Shown: positions 37,969-50,100 of the stretch, piece by piece
How positions within the stretch are numbered: position 1 is the stretch's first letter
Layout of the letters: each line of letters starts with the position of its first letter
NCBI GenBank assembly: GCA_030295235.1
Contig: AP026126.1
Location: 248,001-312,000, forward strand
Origin: Fistulifera solaris
Lineage: Eukaryota
DNA: 64,000 nucleotides
Direction: 5' to 3'
Program-made: the position numbers and the translations under genes
The notes under the pieces: model-generated
Told to the model about the DNA's origin: nothing
The model's input: the letters and a program-made list of their open reading frames with translations, nothing else
Database searches by the model: none

Positions 37969-38160
37969 GTCGTCACCTTGTTGCGAAGGACTGTTTGTCG
38001 GTATATAATGTTGATATGTTTCATTGAACGCCGGATCGGAAAGAGGATTCGTCATGTTCATGATCGGCGGAGGACCGAGTAACAGCGATTCGACGTTCGG
38101 CGGTTCCTGCAGCTCGCGGCGTCGATGATTCGACGCGTTCCTCGATTTTATTCGCTTCAT
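37351..38160 (-). CDS. Single-pass membrane protein with a duplicated lumenal motif, poly-Asp and an acidic cytoplasmic tail (5' end unresolved, probably further upstream)
   Basis: RRRELQ motif, MNMTNPLSDPxFNxTYQH twice, TM YFAVLIVGAVVFITM, then RRRS..YRAV and an acidic cluster. Confidence 0.6.
37929..37974. repeat. (CAT)n coding microsatellite encoding poly-Asp on the minus strand
   Basis: CATCATCAT... run followed by CGT units. Confidence 0.95.
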
Positions 38161-38168
38161 TCAATTGA

Positions 38169-38192
38169 ATATATATATATATATATATATAT
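38169..38192. repeat. (AT)n microsatellite
   Basis: Uninterrupted AT dinucleotide run. Confidence 0.95.
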
Positions 38193-38864
38193 TTCAAAAT
38201 AGGTTCTCTTATGAAATCGTTATTGAATAGTTTACTTGGAAGAATAAGCGTTGCGTTTTTTTTGGTTTGGTATATTTTCTTCATCGTTGTCATTCCATGT
38301 CGTCGATCGTGCCCGCATCTCGTGCGCCAATTGTTCCCGAACGCCACTAATAACGCAACGGGCGGGCGACGACAAGCCGTCGTCCGCTCTGTCGATCGAT
38401 CTCCTCCTTATCCTCCAGCAGCGCCAGCGGCACGGACCAGGGATAACCGATACGACGGATTCGAACGAGATGATCGCCGAACAAACGATACGAGATGATA
38501 GGGTGATGCTGTGATTCCCAAAGATACGTAAACAGCATAAATTGATGCAATTACGATTGATTTATATAGAGATGATCGTAAGCGAAATACGGTTTTGAAG
38601 GAGCTGCGATGACGATTTCCTACACTACCGTACCACAACGATGGCATCTTTCGGCTTACAAACATTTTTTTCGATGGATCGATTCATAAACAAAGAGCGA
38701 CCAGTCACAATCAGCAAAGTTGATGAGGAATTGGCAAAGAAAATAGGAAGAAGAGAAAAGATAATGTTAATGACAAGTTGAGAATCTAAAAGATTGATTG
38801 ATGAAAGGAAAACGAAAAGCGCAAACCAAAGTACCGCCTACTTTGTTTGTCATTCTACGTGTTT

Positions 38865-39367
38865 CTACATCCAAACGTAAAGCACCGAAGCAACGGTCGC
38901 CACCGCCATACCCTGCAGACGGAACGACGAACTGACTTGCTGCATTTGAAGGATGTTCGTACCGGGATCGGTGGAGGGCGCATCCGAAGCGTTGCCGTCA
39001 AACATCTCTTCATCAAAAGAATTATTATTATCCATGGAAGGACCATCGCGATCATCGTCGCAGGAACGATTCGAGTCCATGGAGAAATTGCCGTCGTGGT
39101 GATGGAAGAAGTGATCACCATCGAAGGAATGATTGCCATCGAAGGAATATTCACCGTCCAAGGAATGATTGCCACGGTGGAAGGTTGAGTTTTCGTCCAT
39201 GGTGCGATTGCCGCCGTGATGCGGCCTACCACCCATCTGGAGCTGGCGCTTTTCAAGAGATCACTGGTCATTGCAGGAGGATGGACCATCATAGGGTGTC
39301 CCGTGCTCAGGGAAAGTCCGGACGACAGGAGGATGACGGTACAAAATTTCATGATGCTCTTTTTCAT
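38865..39367 (-). CDS. Small secreted, probably GPI-anchored His/Asp/Asn-repeat protein (1-nt frameshift in the A-run near 39250)
   Basis: Signal MKFCTVILLSSGLSLSTG. Adding one A gives DLLKKRQLQMGGRPHH, which continues into DGNHSF-type repeats and the hydrophobic end GMAVATVASVLYVWM*. Confidence 0.6.
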
Positions 39368-39695
39368 TGGTGATTTTCGTTAATTTGCAAGTGCGTCAAA
39401 AATGAATTTCTTGGAATTAGTGAAGATGGAAGGATCGACAATGAAAATAAAACAAATGGTTTTTGGCACGATTCTTTGACATTTCCGGGATCCACGAGTT
39501 AAAGGGCTTTGCGTCTCCGACAAAGCTAATGATAAACACAAACGATGCGACAGACAGGAAGAGTAGTCCTGTTTAAACATTAACCTTAAAGTGGAAAGAA
39601 GAAAACAACAACAGGTACTACGTACAAGTAATCGTAGGGAAGCACAACCATAACTCTAGTTGTAATTCAAGGTCTGCACAATTATTTAATTCAAA

Positions 39696-39982
39696 CGAAC
39701 TCGGATTGTACTAACATTGCCGTTCAAATCATTCAGACAAAAGAAAGGTCACAACACAAATGGAAACATGCCTCAAATGATGATATTGACTTTTATTGCT
39801 AAGCCAAAAGTTAGCGAGCAGCCATCGCAGTGGTCGAACTCGGATTGTACTAACATTGTCGTTCAAATCATTCAGACAAAAGAAAGGTCACAACACAAAT
39901 GGAAACATGCCTCAAATGATGATATTGACTTTTATTGCTAAGCCAAAAAGTTAGCCACGAAAACAGCAGCCATCGCAGTGGT
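39696..39982. repeat. Near-perfect tandem duplication, unit ~139 bp, two copies
   Basis: CGAACTCGGATTGTACTAACATTG...GCCATCGCAGTGGT starts at both 39696 and 39835, with one substitution and small indels. Confidence 0.95.
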
Positions 39983-41071
39983 CTTCGTACGAAGAGGACG
40001 GAACGAGCTAACTTCCTGGGTGCACCACTAGGGGAGTCCGAATCCAAAGAAGTGAATCCATGATATCATAATCCGACGAAGGATTTTAGAAACTTTCATA
40101 GATGGATGGTAGTTAAGTATCAGTTTGTGCGGTATTGGGCTTTATTGTCCGCAGAGGTAATGTCCGAAGTATCGTTTACTGATGTTTTATTGGAGGTGGC
40201 ATTCACCTATGGGTGATCGGATGCATCGTCTACCGTCTACAAACAGATTATGGGGTATCATCCATGGATGGGCTGTACGACGTATTGCATTGAATGGATA
40301 TTTGGAGGTGCCATGTACTATTAGAATTTCAAGCTTCAAGCTGACACATCCTTACCTGGTAGCCCTTAGCTTGAATTGTTACCCACTACCCTCTATCGAT
40401 GGAGGAGAACTTCATGCTAAATCGTTCCAAGACCGATGTTAGATGCATGAGTGAATCTAAAATAATCTAAATGGCATATTCGCTGGGTGACCTCTGTATC
40501 GGTTGTACAATTCTGGCCATTTTTTAGGTTGTTTGTGCTTGTTGTGCCTTGTGCTTGTGCCATGATGAGTTTATTGTGATTGAGTTTGTAGTGAGTAGAT
40601 AGTAGATAGTTGCCCTTAGTTCCAGTAGATGTGTACTAGTACTAGTACATAAAAGATAAAAGTCACACGTGCCAAGCAATGTCGAATTTGCTTACTGGTA
40701 ATTGGTACTTGGTACTGATCAATGTTGTATGTTGTATTGAAGATTGAAGGTGGAGTGTGGAGTAACATTTGACAGAAACAAGCTTGGCAAGGTAAGGCCT
40801 AACGCCTAATTATTTTCAAAATTTCCGACAAAAGAACGAAGAAAGAAATGAGTGAGCGAAGAATGTGTTCTGCATAAAGTACGATATTTCATACGTAGTA
40901 TTTCATATTTTCCAGTCTACTAGTCTACCCTGAACCGTGTACGGTGTACTGGATACGTAGTAGTTAAACCACTTTTAGCTTTTAGAAGCAACGAAGCAAC
41001 AAGCAACAAACAACGGTCGAACGCGGAACCCGCTTTCCGCTTGCGTATTCTACTGTTTTCTTACTTCAAGT

Positions 41072-41197
41072 CTTAGAACATGGAACATGGAAGAAGATGC
41101 GTTGGACAGTGCAGAGTAGACAACATACAACGAGGAACTTAGAACATGGAACATGGAGGCAAATGCTTTGAACAGTCCAGAGTACATAACATACAAC
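41072..41197. repeat. Degenerate tandem duplication, period 66 bp
   Basis: CTTAGAACATGGAACATGGA...CAGAGTA...AACATACAAC starts at 41072 and at 41138. Confidence 0.85.
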
Positions 41198-41538
41198 ACA
41201 CAGCACACAGCACACTGCTAGCAACTACCAACACTGTACCATGTAGGTACGTAGTAAATTTAGTTTGTCGTTGAATGTGACCTGGCAAGAAAGCAGATGT
41301 TCTTTTCACGGATTACTCAATTTGCCTATACTTACGTCGCCATTTTACCAGATTTTACATTCACCGCTGACACGAACCATCTTGCCGATTTTGGTTCGCT
41401 TTTCGGACCAAGAAAAGATCGGCCTTTTCGTCCTGTTGGTCTCATCCGTCGTCAACTTGTCCTCACTTTCGACAAACTAATAGATTGTTCTCCTCTCGTA
41501 TCCAAGAGAAGGAGATACCAATAGCAGCACCTTGAATA

Positions 41539-42200
41539 ATGTCTATCGATGACCAAAGCCAAGATACGGAAGCATTTCCATTGCATCCGGCTCTCCATGA
41601 ATCATCAACGAAATCATGGAATTCAGAGTCGGACGAATTACCTCCGTTAGAAACTTCCACCGTTTCCTCCGGCTGTGCGGACGATGACGGTTCAATATCG
41701 TCGGTCTCTACACTAACGAGTGTATCACAAAGAGGAGTTCGCCCCGTGCTTTGTTTGCGACATACTGGGAGAGAAATGGAGGACGGGGTAGCTCGCCTCC
41801 ACTCCCGCCGTTACCCGATGAAGTTGTAGCCTCATACGAACCTAAACAGTCCGAAGAGGAAACGCTATCCAAAGATATTTCCTACGAGGACATCATTCAG
41901 GAAACAGCAGTAAGGAGTCCCGATATCATAGCTCATGGGCGACGGCGGATTTTTGGACAAGTTCCATCAAGCAGTAGTGCACCTTTTCTGCCGGCTTTGG
42001 CCGAAACTGGAGAAATCCGGAAGACGAAATCAACTTCAGCTTTAGGTACAAAGAAAGGATGCTTGCGCTCCTCATTAAGAAAACAAGACCGACGTCCATC
42101 GGATAATTCGGTCACGTTCAGTCCGAAAGTCGATGTTCGGATTTTTGAAACACCCACCATGCAGTGGGCTGCTAAGGGATGGTCGAAGTTGTTCACTTAA
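41539..42200 (+). CDS. Hypothetical Ser-rich protein with a C-terminal VxF-type motif (frameshift ~41745)
   Basis: ORFs 41539-41829 and 41751-42200 overlap and join. The protein ends KKGCLRSS..SVTFSPKVDVRIFE..WAAKGWSKLFT*. Confidence 0.55.
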
Positions 42201-42536
42201 AAACAACCGCAAGCGACTTAGAGGCACTAAGCTATAGATTAAAAGCAATAACAAGTATCCAAGCTTCATTTCATTTTCCCGTGTGATTAGGTCGATCATT
42301 TGGATTCCATCGGATAAACATTAGGATGGAACGTGAACTTCACGGTCCCGCACCCCGCCCTCACGTCCGTGATGTCCCTAATTTTGACAACGTCCGACGT
42401 CGAGAGATTTGAGATTTCCCATTGCAAATCTTCGTCTGTCAGTCTACCGTACTATGTTCGTGACTAACATCATTCCCGTTTGTATTGGTAATGGAAACTA
42501 GGTATACGAAATAATCATTAATTCATCTTGTTAATT

Positions 42537-44936
42537 TTAGTCACTAATGGAGAGGAGCTTCAGTAGCTTCTTTCGATTAGGGCTATCATTGAAACAAGCC
42601 ATGATAAGTTTTGATAGCTCGGGGGCGCTAATACTCCTGAATAGACCTTCTGAAAGGTTCGTCTCGATATCTGCTAAAGACATATTCATGAATCGTCCAA
42701 TAGCAAAGAACCTATCCATGAGTTGAGATCCTGTTTTATCTCCCTCAGTCATGTTATCAACTTCTTTGACAACTTTCTCAAATTGAGCGTTGACGAATTG
42801 ACAAGCGGTTGTGCTGATATCCAAAGCCTTCATGATCTGGTCGAGCAAAAGTGAAAAGAGGACATCAGATAGATATCCGATTGAGCGTGTCAAAACTTCA
42901 TAGGAAAGTACTGGTCTCCAAGCCTTGTTGAGATGTCCGAGGTGGTAAAGACCTGCAGCGACAGCAGCTTCCGCTTCGGACCATTCTGAAACAATTTCAT
43001 CCGATCTTAGAGATTCCCCTAGCAACGCAATCGGTTTGCCTACAAGTTCCACAATCTGCTTCGCTTGAACATCAAGCATTTCACCCATGGATCGCTCAGC
43101 AAGGTCTCGGAACAGGGGAACCATATCAACAAAGATACACGTTTGCTGAAGGAGACTACCTTGTGGGGTTTTAGCGTCGTCGGTGTACCGCTCGCGGTAC
43201 TCCAGACCAAGACTTAAACAGTTGTGAGCGATAAAGACACAATCATTGTGAAGAATGGCAGCTGTCCTCGGAACATGAGCGATTTCATGACCATGGGTAA
43301 CTGGAATGATGGCTCGAAACAACTCCAATACTTCGCGCGCTGTACGATACAAAGTGGCCTGTATGGCAGCAAGTGCTGCACTGCACTCGTTTGGTAGTTG
43401 CGCGATAGATTCATCCATGGTCCTTCGGCATAGCTTCATTATTTGAGCAGCAGTATCGGATATGCTGGATTTCTGTAACCGAAAGACAGCCATTCCGTCC
43501 GAGAGACCAAGGCGTTTGTCATCTTTATCGGGTCGTACGTCGACGCCGACTTCAACCGTATTGTGGTAATCATTGTTGAGCAAAAGACGTCGTGCCTCGT
43601 TGAGAATTGTGCAACGTCGTTTTTCGACATATTTTGCTTCAAAGTTCGCTGCAAAAGACGACAAGCCAGGCTCTCCTTTTCAGAAATCAACTGCAGCGAA
43701 ATGAGAGCATCATGAAACGTGGACAAGAACGCCTCAAAATCCGAGGCGATTGCTTTCAAAGAATGAAACTCCTCTGGCAACAAGTGCGTGGGTATGCTTG
43801 ATTTCTCTAAAGCGTCAACGAGCAACTCGCGTAAAATACCATTATCAATCCCCATATTCAAAGTCTTGATTCCCAACACCTCCAAGCTCAGTGTTTCCGA
43901 CGACTGCATCTCCGGTCGACCAAAGAGTTTCGATCCTACAAAATGACAAAGCTGCTTTCGTTCCAGCAGAACATGTTCGGTGACGAAAATCAAAGTTTTT
44001 GAACAAACTCAATGGCGTTCTTCCACACGAGACTATTGCTGTGCGATGATTCTACTTTCGTCCCATTCAAGTTCCATTCCAGCCGAACAACGCGTGTTTT
44101 CGTCGTAATCGAATTCACTAGCGACCCACTGTTGTCTTCCGATTCTTGGTACGAAACCAGAGTCGTTGCTTCATCGGACATGAGACGCTCCAGCAGGGGG
44201 CGAAAGACCCATTCGTAAATCTCGGTGGTGAATTTGCGAAGAATGTCCTGCAACGCCGAATGACCGTCGTCGGCGAAGATCTGCAAAACATCGTACGCCA
44301 TCGGAAGATTGGAAGAGGAGGACCGGACGAGCAAGGAAGTAGGCGACAAGGAAACGCTGGCGGCCCACATTTTTCGTGCTTCTCCTAACAGGTCTACTTT
44401 TGTCGACGAACCTCCGACCGAAGTGAATCCAGAATCTTGTTGGCGGCTGCAAGGGTTGATGGAGAGGTGTTCGACTCGGACGCAACGATGGTCTTCGCTT
44501 CTTTCAATGCCTGCTGAGCTTGTACCTGAAGGCTCGCAGCGCGTCTTAAATCAATCTCGGGTGTAAGAGATGGAGTCGAACATGTCATTGATTGATCCAA
44601 GTACGATCGAGCAAGGCTACATTGACGTAAAAACTCCACTTTGTTCTTCAGATTGGCCGCTTCGTTGCTATCCTCCGGCGGCAAGGATGCATTCTTCTTG
44701 ATGGCGTTCAGCTCATTCTCAATACTAGCCAACTTTTCCCTTATATTCTCCTCCACGACACATATTTCCTGACCGAAAAGCTCAACTCCTAAATGGAAGG
44801 ATGCATTCGGATCGTCGTCCTTGTTTTCGTCGTGGTTTGTAGCATTGGCGTTCCGCAGTGCATCTTTCGTTGCCTTTTGAATGGCTGTTCTCACCGCATT
44901 CAAGCGTTCTTGGACATCATCTTCCATTGTTGACAT
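42537..44936 (-). CDS. ZW10: Centromere/kinetochore and NRZ-tethering protein ZW10 (three frameshifts, ~44398, ~43995, ~43675)
   Basis: Motifs KRRCTILNEARRLL, LYRTAREVLELFRAIIP, PRTAAILHNDCVFIAH, IMKALDIS and ELSKLIMACFNDSPNRKKLL match the ZW10 middle and C-terminal regions. Confidence 0.85.
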
Positions 44937-45334
44937 GATAAAGTTGACGTGATGTTTTTTTAGATGTTCTTAGTCAAGTGAAACTCCGTCGTTGCAAGAT
45001 GAGGGATCGTCATTGTCACTTCCTCACTTCGTCGCACGGGTGCGGTACGGTGTACGGTACCATGTACTTTCACTGTACAGCTAAATGGAATCAATGCAGT
45101 CGTACCGGCAATGCTGCAATATTTATTACGAAGTACTGTCTTTTAGAGTGTACTCCGTTAAATTTTGAAACGGTCTTGCTTCGAAACGCTACCCTTTTAG
45201 CGACGATCCACCATATCTGAACATAAAGAGACATTTACTCTTTCATCAAAATCGATTTGAACTGAAAAATGTAGTTACTGCGTTTAAAGAACGATTGTAC
45301 AAGGCAATCGCATTTTTGCAACTTCAGCTATGGA

Positions 45335-46407
45335 TCATACATACTCCAAGGTTGGATCCTCTTCATCGTCATCGTGATCTTGTCGTTCATCATTCGCTGC
45401 CATGAGTAATGTTGCCATATTTGAACTCGGGTCTCCGCTCCCGTTATCTCCCATCATGTCGGGTACCGTCGTTGCGGCTGCGACAGCGGCAGCGGAGGCC
45501 ACCGCGTCCGCTAAAGATGGGTCGGCTACCGTCTCGTGTGCGGCTTCTATAGCAGCATCCCAAGAAGCCTTCCACTGTGTCAGAAGAAAAATCGATTTAC
45601 TCAATGAGTTGAATGCCTTGTGATAAATGGAGTTAATTTCTTCGTCGCCAGGGGGGAGAGAATCGTGCGCGCTGTCGTCTAGCAAAGCACCATGCACCGC
45701 GGCCACCGCCGCCGAAGCAGCACCACTCGATACGGCTTCGATCAATCGTTCGGTTTCGATCAGAGCTTCTCGTGAACAGTGCAGTAAATCTCCTCCAATT
45801 TCTTGAAAGCCATATCCTTCTCCATAGTGTCTGGTCCCCTCTATGGCACCGTTGACAATGATGGCGTCCGAGGCCAGTTCCACCATCGACCCATTCTTGT
45901 ATCGAAACTTTTTCGGTGAAGGACCCATAGCATAAATCATGGATGGCTCTTCCAGATCATCCTCGGTCGACAGTCTCGGGTTGGTCCGTTTCCGTTCGGT
46001 CCGGCGCTTTTCATTCAAATTCCGTTGACAACTAAAGCATAGCCCGGTACGTAAGTACAAAGAATCCGTCTCGTTCGGTTCACTGTCGTATATGCAGACG
46101 GGCACACCCACTTTGGGACATTCGGGCGTCTTACACGATTCTTTGCCGGCGCCTTTCGGTATCTTGATGTGCGGATTGGTCAAGGCGTATTGTAGATCGG
46201 CATCGGACGGCTGTAAGCCGTAATCGAGTATCACGAAGCGCTTCTTTTCAAACGGACCATAATCTGACCATCGTGCACACCGGGGACACCCGTATGCCGA
46301 TGGTAGATATTCCCATTGGCCCTCCCTAGCTTGTGATCGACATCCACCAAGAACTCTTCGAGCGGTGGGATTTGAATGTGCGAGGAAAAATCGAGTGGAG
46401 AGACCAT
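45335..46407 (-). CDS. Hypothetical nuclear protein with a Cys cluster and basic stretch (frameshift ~46245)
   Basis: CKTPEC..VC..GLCFSCQRNLNEKRRTERKR, with an Ala-rich helical C-terminal half. Confidence 0.6.
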
Positions 46408-47156
46408 GATGAAGGTATTATTATCTCTTGCGAGGCTGTGTCTATTTTTGAAATAAAGCTGTGGAAAAAAATCCAGAAAAAAGTTAAGATCGAAACAGTC
46501 AACCTTAAGGTGAATAAGAAGTAAGACTCGCGGCAATACGATTCGTGGTGTCCCTACCAAAAGGAGTTTGTAGATCCTATGCTGGTGCACTTGATGACTT
46601 ACATGAACACTTTTTCAACAGAAAAAATGGAAAGGCTCTCCAAATTCAGTTCCAGAGTTTCAGTTTTCAATGCATGCCGCGCATCGGATAGGCAAAAGAC
46701 GCGAAACGTGTCGACACAACGACGACTGCGCGAAACAAGCGCACCGCGATACTACTACTTGTAGTTTCGAAGTTGAAAGACAAACGGCTTACAGTTGTCA
46801 ATCGAATTAAGGTTAAGTCTAGATCGAATTGGGGGTACTATTTATGTTATAGCAGGTGGCAACACCCAGCTGTTAAGTAAAAAACTCAAAAGAGTTTTGT
46901 TACACAGATAATTTGCACTGTAAGATTGTCATTTGTGACATACGGGTACCGAACGATCAGGACGAAAAACAGCCAGACGCAAGCCTCCCTCCATCGATCG
47001 CTCGCGCTCGCCATGGCCTCACGTCTCGGCAATCAAGCAAAAAAAAAAAACACACCGAGGACACACATCATTCATTGTGCCTCATCTATCTATCGACAAC
47101 AATTGATTGCTCATCATTAAGAAAGATCGCTTTGTGAGTCGATTCTATTGAGAAAT

Positions 47157-50100
47157 ATGGAAGATCCGCCGCAGAAAGACGAAGGAGGAGAAGAAAAACT
47201 CTCCAAAAGCCAGCTCAAAAAGCTAGCCAAGGGCAAGGTAAGCACCATCGTTCCCTTGTTTCGATCGAGTATTCAGATTCTGACTCTGTGATCTTAATTA
47301 AAGGGAAAAGAAAAGAAGGAAAAGCCACAATGGAACACAGCCAAGAAAGAAAAGACCAAGGCCGCTCCTCCCAAGAAGGAGTTCATCAATCCGACACCCA
47401 AGGGACAAAAGAAGGACTTGACGAACATGGAAGATGCGTATCATCCCGCCGCCGTGGAAGCGGCGTGGCAGGATTGGTGGGAAGCCCGTGGCTTTTACTC
47501 CTGTGATCCGAAATTTGCGGAAGGAAAATCACCGGAGGAAAAGTTTATCATGGTCATTCCTCCGCCGAACGTGACCGGCTCGTTGCATTTGGGACACGCG
47601 CTGACGGCCGCCGTCGAAGACACTTTGACGCGATGGCATCGCATGAAAGGACATGCTACTTTGTATGTGCCAGGTAGGTTTTTGTGGCATTCTTAGTCCG
47701 CTTGGTTTTGTTGCAATTGCCGTATTTTGATACATCAATGAAAATACAACGGGTGCACGCTTCCATGCTAGAGTGACACATTCCCTTTCGCACAACCCAG
47801 TATGATTTTGTTTCGATTTGTACTCACGGTTGTTAATGGGGATTACACAGGCACGGATCATGCGGGTATTGCCACACAGTCCGTCGTGGAAAAGATGTTG
47901 ATGAAAGAGGAAGGTAAGACACGTCACGACTTGGGCCGTGACGAATTTGTCCGAAAAGTTTGGGAATGGAAAGGTGATTACGGCAATAAAATTACCACTC
48001 AGCTCCGGCGATTGGGTAGCAGTGTGGACTGGTCAAGAGAAAGATTCACGATGGATGAAATGTTGAGCAAGGCGGTCGTGGAAGCCTTTAACCGCTTCCA
48101 TGAAAAAGGGTTGCTATACAGAGCAAACCGGTTAGGACAATGGTCTTGTGCACTCAAGTCTGCCATTTCCGAAATCGAAGTCGACACTTTGGAACTGGAG
48201 GGACGCACATTTTTGGAGGTGAAAACTCACAAAGGAAACCCCAATCATCCGAATGGCCGCTACGAATTCGGCACACTAACTTCATTCGCTTATCCGGTCG
48301 AAGATTCCGACGAACAGATTGTTGTCGCTACCACGCGTTTAGAGACCATGTTGGGAGATACCGCCGTTGCTGTCCATCCCGAGGATCCGCGCTACAAGCA
48401 TCTCCATGGAAAATTTGTCATACACCCGTTCAACAACAGGCGCATTCCCATTGTTACAGATGGCGAACTTGTCGACATGTCCTTTGGTACGGGTGCCGTG
48501 AAAATCACCCCGGCCCACGACCCTAATGATTATGAGTGTGGAAAGCGCCACAATCTCGAATTCATTACGATGCTCGCACCAGACGGATCGATCAATGAGA
48601 ATGGAGCACCATTCACCGGAATGATGCGTTACGATGCCCGAATTGCGGTCGAGGAAGCTTTGAAAGAGAAGGTTCGTAATTACAGCAATCTTCAGTTCTT
48701 GTGCCGTGTTAACTCACATGTGTTCTTATGTGACTTCTCGCAGGGTCTTTACATAGGCAAGGTACCAAACAAGATGAATCTAGGCATATGTTCCCGTTCA
48801 GGCGATATTCTTGAGCCAATGATTACACCACAGTGGTATGTAAACTGTGATGGTATGGCAAAACGAGCCTTGGGGGCTGTTGAGAAAGGTGATTTGAAAA
48901 TCGTTCCTGCTGAGCACAAGAGAACATGGTATCAATGGTTGGGTAACATTCGTGACTGGTGTGTCAGTCGTCAACTTTGGTGGGGCCACCAGATACCGGC
49001 TTGGTTTGCTGTGAAAAAGGGTGAAAATCTGGACAAGAACGATATTGCCAATAACGAGCGTTGGGTCGTCGCCAGATCAGAAGAGGTATGTGCATTAATC
49101 ACCTTTTTAAAAGCAATTATAAGGTGTCTCAATGTCATGTTTATGTGTGTCCACAGGCGGCTTATGAAAAAGCTGCGGCGCTGATTGGATGTTCCAAAGA
49201 CGAGTTGGAACTCACTCGAGACGAAGATGTTTTGGATACCTGGTTTAGTTCGGGACTTTTCCCATTTTCTGTGATGGGTTGGCCTGACAATACGGATGAT
49301 ATGAAAGCATTCTACCCAACTTCACTACTTGAGACTGGCCTTGATATCCTGTTTTTCTGGGTTGCACGGATGGTGATGATGGGTCTAGAGCTGACTGACC
49401 GGCTGCCATTCCACACCGTATTCCTGCACGCGATGGTTCGCGACAAAGAGGGGAGAAAAATGTCGAAGTCACTTGGAAATGTGATTGATCCGTTAGAAGT
49501 TATTGATGGCTGCTCTTTGGAGGCACTCCAGGAGCGTCTTGAAGCCGGAAACTTGCCTGCTAAAGAAATCGAAAGGGCTAAAAAGAATAACGAAGCTGAG
49601 TTCCCTTCGGGTATACCAGAGTGCGGTTCAGATGCCCTCCGATTCGGTCTTCTTGCGTATACTGTCCAGGGACGCGACATTAATATGGATGTGAGTCGCG
49701 TGGTTTCGTACCGTTTATTCGGAAATAAGCTTTGGAACGCAACAAAGTTCGCTCTGCAGTTTGTCTCCGACTTCGCTCCGACAGCAACTCTTCTTGACGA
49801 TTTGATGTCGAGTGGGAAAATGGCTATTCGTGATAAGTTTATGATTTCGCGACTGATGAATGGTACAAAGATTGTGAACGAGTTTCTTGCAAACTATAAG
49901 TTTGGCGATGCGCAACAAGCAGCCTATTCCTTGTGGATGGACGATATTTGCGATGTTTATCTCGAGCTTATCAAGCCCGTTGTTTACGACACAAGTGACG
50001 AAAACAAAGATAGTCGATGGGCTGCTCAGGCAACACTTTGGATCTCAATCGAGACAGGTCTACGCATTCTTCACCCCATGATGCCTTTCATTACCGAAGA

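Noticed and set aside
39696..39982. Possible CRISPR-like repeat
   Set aside because: Only two long adjacent copies, no spacers or cas genes, and a eukaryotic context.
42305..42331. Hairpin TTCCATC...GATGGAA and nearby sequence as an snRNA
   Set aside because: Only a 7-bp stem, with no match to any spliceosomal RNA I can recognise.
47674..47850. Longer ValRS intron with a modest hairpin (CCGTATTTT...AAAATACAACGG) as a snoRNA or riboswitch
   Set aside because: No convincing C/D, H/ACA or TPP motifs were found.
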